In this document: piece by piece, positions 50,735 to 58,410 of the stretch
Layout of the letters: every line of letters starts with the position of its first letter
Numbering within the stretch: position 1 is the stretch's first letter
Assembly (NCBI GenBank): GCA_023231475.1
Contig: JALJEE010002401.1
Span: 1 to 58,410, forward strand
Direction: 5' to 3'
From: Seison nebaliae
Lineage: Eukaryota
Length of the DNA stretch: 58,410 nucleotides
Position numbers and translations under genes: made by a program
The notes under the pieces: model-generated
Seen by the model: only the letters and a program-made list of their open reading frames with translations
What the model was told of the DNA's origin: nothing
Databases searched by the model: none

Positions 50735-53700
50735 ATGAATGATGATGACGGAGATATTCGATGGAAATTATTTAGATGTTTATTTCGATTACGTTCCACC
50801 GATGAATTACTATTGGCCAATGTCAACTCGTCGAATAATTTACAATTATTACGAACGTGGAACAACCGTCATAAAGTTACGTGGAAACAATTGAAGCAAA
50901 AGATGTTTAAAAATATTTCGTTCGATTCAGAAATGAATCATAAATTTCTCTTGAAAATGATTCTCCAATTAATTTCTTTTCTAATTCGATTGAAAGAGGT
51001 TCAGATGAGAAATGATTCAAATTCATTAAGTTCTAGTAAATCGATAACATTGACCAATTTGAAATTATCTAATAACTTCCATCGATTATCATTCGATAAT
51101 AATAATGATGATAATTCAGAAGATATCGATAATTACAATAGTTTACCTGTTAATTCAGTTAATAATAACAACAACAACAACAATACTAATATGAATAATA
51201 CTAGGAAATGTTTAAATCGATTTATCGGAATTTATTTTACAAATGATGAAACAATTTTATTGATGATTTCTTTAATCTCATCTTATTTGTCTGGATATAT
51301 TGTGGAAATTGTGCCATACTTCTCGGTGACTCTCCATAAGATGGTGCACATATTCAACGAATTCATTCACAACAACAACAAGAATAACAATAAAATAAAA
51401 TTGATTTCTGATAATTTGTTCGATTGCGAAAATTTCGATATTGTCGTCAATTCCAATAATATTTGTCAACTCGTTAATTCCATCAATTCGATGATACAAC
51501 AAATGATCAAACTCAATTTCCACGACGTTACCAATACTGTTGATATCGTTTTCACTCAATTACTTTCCAAATATCTCTGTCGTTATTTCACGAAAGTTCC
51601 AGACCAGAAGAAGACAATTTATTCATTAACGACTCTTCAAAACCGTTTAAAAATCAAATGGAAGAATCCAACGATAATTTCCATCACTGATTTCTTCGTA
51701 TATTTCCTTCACGACATTCTCCTCATCGATATCAGTCTCTTCAATTTGAAGTTGAAAGAAAATCACAATTTTTATAAATGTCAACAAATTCTTTGTTCGA
51801 GGAAGTTCCGTAACATCCTACAAATTTTCCAAATCCATACATATTCGTCCATTCGTTTTATCGCCATCGATCATGATAAATCGATAATGAGATCACCACC
51901 GTTTGGTTTCGATCAACTTAAATATTATCTTCAGACATCCACCAGATCAAACGATTATTTACTTTCTAATAATCGATTAATTAATAATTCTCAGTTAATT
52001 CACTTACTTCAATCAAGTGATCAATTATTGAATGATCATTGTCGATTATTGATTACAAATCAATATTCATCACAAATCATTTCTTCATCTAAACCGAGTC
52101 AATATCTATCGCTTGTTCACGTCATTTTATTTAATTTATTCCGTTTCAAACGATTACTTTTTCTCAATCAATCCATATTCAATAGACAATTATCGATCGT
52201 CTGGTATTTTTGTGCACTCAAATATGATATCCATACATGTTATTTAGATGGGAGATTGATGGAATCGATAATTGATCATTCGAAAAGTTTAGGTCAAAAC
52301 CTCAAATTAATGAGACATCTCTTCATTTATAATTTGAGGCGGATGAACGAAATGAAATTGATGGAATCCGGTGTCACTAATTTTCCGTCAGATAATCAAT
52401 TGAAAATACAATTTATTCATCAATTTCATCCGTTTTCTTCATTGATATTCATCGATCAGAATTTAAAAATTGAAACAAAAATTCCAGATTATGTTGATGG
52501 AATTGATGAGGAAAAATCGATTGATCAATATCAATCCATTATCGATTTTGATCAATATTTCGATAATGTTCGACTGATTAATCAGTTGAATGAGAATCAT
52601 CAACTTCTCGATTTGAATTGGGAATTATCAATAAAAACGGATGTGATGAAACATATCCGGAAATTATCGATCGATATTCGATCGGTAATCGATATCGTCC
52701 GAACGATGACTCGTTCATCCTTCATCAATTTAGATCGATATGCAGTTTTCCATATCCGATTGAATGAAATGAATTGTTTATGTATTTTAGTTGAATCGAC
52801 TCGAGTGGATATTGATGGGAAAGAGATCGGTGCCGAATTAACGATATTGGAAGAGAATGATGAGAAAATACTTCGGTGGATTAGTGAATTTATTAAACGA
52901 TTATCCAACGACAACATTTCTCCTTTCTTCATTGGAATTGTTGATGAGTTATCTCTACCAACGTGTTGGGAGAAAGATGATCAATTCCATAACAATTCTT
53001 CAAGAACTGATCTAGTGGAATTGATTAAAGATATTAATATCAAAAAATCGATTTCATCGAAAGATTCGTTGAAATTATTCGAGTCAGGTCAACTCTCATT
53101 GCAACATTGTTACGTGAATAAGAAATGTCTTGAACAGACGACGAATCGTATGAATTTCTATGAACGGTTCGTATCAGCCTCCGCATTAATGGTCGGTGCC
53201 ATAATGAAAGGTTTCCACACTTCACTCATCACGACAGAAACGATTAAACGTTCCATCAATTCTTTCAAATCATACGAAAAACAAAAGAATAATTTCGTTT
53301 TATATTATCTGAACTATTGGTCAAATAATTTCCCGAATTATACTCCGTTCACTTTCATTACAACGATGAGCGGTCAAAATGAGGATTTCCATCCTCTCAC
53401 TATTTTCAAAAATGAAATTTTATCGAAATTTCCATTCGTCTCACATTCTTCGATCAATTCGGTGGGATCGACTAAAAACGGAGATTTGAATGCGATGAAA
53501 TCATTCTATTTAGAAGACAATCAAAAAATTCCCATACGAATTAATTATAAAATGAAAATGATGAATAAACCCATTTCATTCATCAGGAAATTGAGTATCG
53601 ATGAATTGAAGAAACGAGTGATGATTATTCGAGAATCAATTCAACGACAATTACAATTAACGAATGATAATGAATCGTATGATAATTTAGAAACGAAAAA

Positions 53701-55108
53701 TAAAATCGTTTTACTTGTACTACCACCATATGGAATTGATATGGTAATTTTGACATTAACAATTATGTCGATTAATCAACTCGATCTCATGGTTTTACCG
53801 TTAGATGAGATTTCTATGAAGAATGGCCGATTATCGGATGAGATGTTAAGGAATCTCATAAAATTGTTGAAGAATAATCATTCCATCGTTTCCATTATCA
53901 CCATTTCACAATTCTACAATTTATTCAATGAATTCTTCACAATCATCACGTTCATGTTGAATCGACTTGCTAATCGTTCCAATTCTTTTCGATTAAAGAA
54001 TTTTATAACAATCAATTTATCGAAGAATCGAAAGAAAAATTCAAATATGAGACGACATTCATCATTATTGGCATTTAATTCGAATAATTGTCAAACAAAT
54101 AACAGGAAATCGATCGATACAAGTTCATTGACGTTGAATGAAGAGAATGGAAGAGATCAATTACCAGATCATAAATTAAAGAAAACGATCGATGAAATGA
54201 ATCGAATGATCCATAATTCATTTAATGGTAATGAATATAATAATTATTTAATATTATATGAACTGATGAGAAAAGTGAAATTAATTGCAGTGAAACAATT
54301 GATCAATACGAAACGACTTAATCAGAGTAAGAGAACTCCGAAAGAATTGAATAGTCAATTTATTTCATTCGAGTCGAAAGTGTCGTTGGAAAAAGTCGAT
54401 TTCGATGAACGACAATCATATCATCATCTCAATAACCAGATGGATCGGATGGAAGTGAATATTTCAGATTTATTAATTCTGATGAATGAAATTAAATTTC
54501 GATTAGAATTGTATCAATCGAGACGTCTACTCATCTCATTCTATCCATTCCAACATAATTCCTGCATTTATGAAGTTCTTTGGTTTTTCCTTCCTTTGTT
54601 CACCGGTCACGAATCGTATGTCATACCACAAGGTGAGAATAATGATAATTATTCATTGGCGCTCATATTCCAGACAATTCGTAGATTTAATATTCGAGAT
54701 GTTATTCTCACATCATCAATTCTCTCGTTTGATCATCTCACAAATAATTTGGAATTACCTGTTATTTTTAGTTCAACTGCCTCCTCCTCTTCCTCACTCA
54801 CTCAACATCGACACTTTAGAAATCATCGTTCACATATTCGGAGAACTCTTCGAAATAGTTTATCTTATTTCTCATCTGATGAAAAAACGAATTCTTTAGA
54901 CTTCCATCGTTCATCTCTCTTATCTGCCAAACCCACACCATCATCAACAACAACAACAGCAACTACTACTACGACTACTACTGCTAATAATAATATTTCA
55001 TCAATGGAAAACAATGAGATAATTCCATTATCATCATCATCTTTAACGAATATAAATTTTAATAATCATAATAATCGACGATTCCTTTCCACAACAATTA
55101 ACCAATCA

Positions 55109-55143
<35 letters not shown>

Positions 55144-56167
55144 CAAAAACAATACGAATAACAGCAATATCAATAGTAGTAGTACATTCCAATTAAGATC
55201 GTTTATTGTCTTAAATGAAAATGCCGATCAAATCAATAAATCTATAATTGATCAATTATCGAAATTGGAGAATATCGATCTCAACAAATCCATTTCCTTC
55301 GCCTTCACTACACATAATTTCCCGTTATTATTCTTGAAGAAATCATCAGATGGAAAGACACATCAATTCAATTTGGCGAATCAATTCCATTCGACTGGTT
55401 CTCCCAATCTCCAGATATGTGAAGGAAAGAACAGTGATTATCATTTATTCTCAACTGGCAGTTTGTTCGATTCGATTAATTGTGCTATCATTCATCTCAA
55501 CGATCAACAGACAATTGTCCCCGAGTTATTTTTGGGTGAATTAATTGTCTCCTCCACTTCCCTTCCAATTCTCTTATCCGTCGGATATGATAATTCCAAC
55601 AAATCTGATAATTTCGAGAAATTACCGAACGTTCCCATGTACATCGATGAGAAGTGTCGAAATCAAGCATGGTATCGTACTGGACTACTCGCATTCACTT
55701 ACCATCAATCACTCAACCATTCTTATGTTTATCTCTTAAGTTGTCTCGATGAATTATTATCGTACAACAATCGATATTGGTTGTTGTGGATGATAGAGAA
55801 AGAACTAAGAAAAGTTCATTCTTTCATTCAACGATGTTGTCTTCTCCAAACGAACGACAAACAAATTTGTTGTCTCGTCGAATGTTCATCCAACATGAAC
55901 GATCTTCCACAACACCAATTGGAGCATAACGAAGAAATTTTGTGGAAAATCAAGAAACGGAAAGAAAGTTTCTGTATCAATCTCATTCATCTTCTCACTA
56001 TTCGTGCATTTAACCATCACCAATTACCACTCCATATAATTTATCTGTTAGATTATGGTAGTATTACTCATCTCCATCATCATTCTAACTGGATTAATAG
56101 GAAACTATTAAAATTCCAATATGATAACAATCAACTCAATCCAATCTACGTTTCTCATGCAATTTAA
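50735..56167 (+). CDS. DIP2: Highly divergent disco-interacting protein 2 (DIP2)-like protein, 1810 aa
   Basis: C-terminal WYRTGLLAF, LDELL....YW...IEKEL..VH, ICCLVE and terminal QLNPIYVSHAI parallel the DIP2 WARTGYLGF ... QLDPIYVAYNM blocks. Middle VLLVLPPYGIDMV. Confidence 0.75.
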
Positions 56168-56789
56168 TCATTATCTACACACAGAATAAGAGTAAAAGAA
56201 CAGAAAGGTGGAGAACAAACGGTCAATTTCCCATCTCTTCAAAATAAACCATCAATAATTTTACCGTTACTTACAACTCGTATTAATATATTTCGAACAT
56301 TTACAGAATTTATTCATTTCCTTCACAAATTATTTATTAGAAATTTTATTGATATAATTAATTTTTCTCTCTAAATCATCTTATTAAATATGTTTCATAT
56401 GATATTCTCATTTAGAATAATTGTCGAAGTGGATTATTTAGAAAATAGATTTTAATAATTTTGGTCCTCACCAATGTTGATCAAATGGTGGATTCGACGG
56501 AAATTCGATCAATTTCAAAATATTGGAACTGCCCGAAAAGAGACAAATTTCTATTGATTGATTTGATATCTTTTTAATAACTTACAAAGATTAAATTGTG
56601 AGAACAAATAGAATACATATAAGAAAAAGTTTATGATAAAATTTTATTTAAAAATTATGAAATGATTTAAAACTGAGAATTAAACTGAGTAATTTGATCG
56701 AATTTTCCATTTCCTTCTATAGAAAAAGATTTATTAGTTTATTCTTCAATAATATTAAAATTTTAACTTTTTTCCATTTCTTTCTTCTA

Positions 56790-57170
56790 TTCCGGTCCGG
56801 TTTCTTCGGGTCGTGGACTTATTCCCTCGACCCAGAAGATGAGAGACCGAACCGGTTATTACAAATTTTGCCCTTGATAGGTCATGCGGAGGCTCCAATT
56901 ACCCCGCCCACTGGGTGGATGTTGCCACCAGGTGTCGATCAACTCAGCAGTTTGTGTTTGGAGGAGACTGAGTCCCAAGTATATCATAGATATACCTGGA
57001 CAATAGGTTCAGAAATAGTTCTCGATAACCGTTCAATGGTTACCATTGAGAACGTTTCTTTACCATATTGGATGACACCTGCCCATCAGAGCACCCAAGT
57101 GTCGCCAAGAGGTAATGGGCACAACCGCTTCAACTAGACCCATCAAGGCGAATAGCGCGTTAGTGAAAGA
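56790..57170. other. GC-rich island, probably a mobile-element or foreign fragment
   Basis: Visibly much higher GC than flanks, open on + (ORF 56694-57137), next to a 14-bp inverted repeat at 57155-57246. Confidence 0.35.
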
Positions 57171-58410
57171 TGTTTCTTCTTTTTCTAAAAGGAAACATAA
57201 TTAGAAAACCAAAATAGAATAAAATTTAACGTTTTCACTAACGCGCAAAAATTGAAATTGAAAAAATTCTAATTTTCTTCTCCTTTTATAGTCATCAAAT
57301 TGAATTATTAATTTCTAATTATTATTTGTCAATTATATCGCTTATCTGAATATTTTCTGAATATATTTTTCTTATAATGAATAGAGATTTGATTAATCAT
57401 TTTTTACTTAATTTCCTTCAATATTAGACGATAAGATTCAGTTTTTAGTCTATATGGAATTAAAAAAACCTTCTTTCCATAGTGCATAACAAAATTTATT
57501 TGATATTTGAACTATATTGAAATAAATTTTTTTTTATTGATTATATATCATATTCCGCAATTTCGCAATATAAGAACTATAGATTTTTATTAGTTTTTTA
57601 CTTAAAACAAGCTTTTTAAACTTAAGAGGTTAGCATCTACAACATTTCACTTATCTCACTTAATAATTCCTCAGTTTGTAAAAACAAAGGAAATAAAAAT
57701 AATTAAACTTTTTGTTCTGTTTGTGGTCTGATCATTTAAATTTATGTAATAGATCGTCGATTAATTGATGACCTTGCGTACAATTAGTAGTTCTAAAATT
57801 CTCACGGTATGTTGATGTTTGTTCATATTCATCTAACAAAATATTTTTTGTAATAATAAGGTAATTATTTTTTTTTGTTTTTTTAAAAATCCAATATTCG
57901 ATTGGATTAAAAAATTATAACTGATTCAGAATGTAATCTTGTTTCCCAATAATCCCACAGAATGATCAATGATCAGCGTTCAGAATTTAAGAACTTTTTA
58001 GTGTTAACAGAAAATTTTGTTAAATGAAATCTTTATAAGTTTAATAATTATTATTTTTTTGGGGCAAATTAAATAGAAAATATGATAACTCTTTCGAAGA
58101 GTTATTAATGATAAGATTCTTTCCTGAAGAACGAATTAACTTCAATTAAAATAATTGGCAACACCATCTTTTAAATTATCAGCCAGTTAATTTTAACATA
58201 TAAACTAATGTAAGTTCCTATTTATGTTTTCTCATTTATATTTTGTCCATTTTAAGATTATTAATAATACAGGATCAGATATACCACCATCAGAAGACGT
58301 ACAAATCGGGAAAAACACATTACCGATGTGCGAAATCAACTTTCGTTTAATAATTTTCTAATAATTTTTTATGTAAAATAAATATTCCTATTCTCATTCT
58401 CAACACCAAA

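Noticed and set aside
1..58410. Species assignment; tRNA/rRNA genes
   Set aside because: Gene content indicates an invertebrate animal with a compact genome, but the taxon cannot be fixed from this window; no tRNA or rRNA signatures were recognised.

Overview
AT-rich, very compact animal (invertebrate) nuclear DNA, not prokaryotic. The ORF track is fragmented by ~41-63 nt spliceosomal introns, which I reconstructed by hand. The left ~19 kb is an accessory-looking zone: an LTR-like end, a foldback element, a WAP/antistasin secreted protein, a RasGEF, an intronless 579-aa orphan, a DEG/ENaC channel and decayed retroelement-ORF1-like copies. From ~19.3 to 56.2 kb is a gene-dense block: BIR protein, NUDT6, GK5, cysteine synthase, SFT2, CCDC174, ESRP/fusilli, PHACTR, CREB3-like, a coiled-coil gene, FBXW7, PISD, a small secreted protein, a MAK/ICK kinase and a very divergent DIP2. 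Two signals stand out. (1) By hand count about 54 of ~59 inferred introns begin GTT rather than the canonical GTR(AGT). (2) The apparently intergenic stretch after the MAK kinase domain parses as seven consecutive phase-0 micro-exons of 18-51 nt. All gene models are manual and need RNA-seq confirmation.
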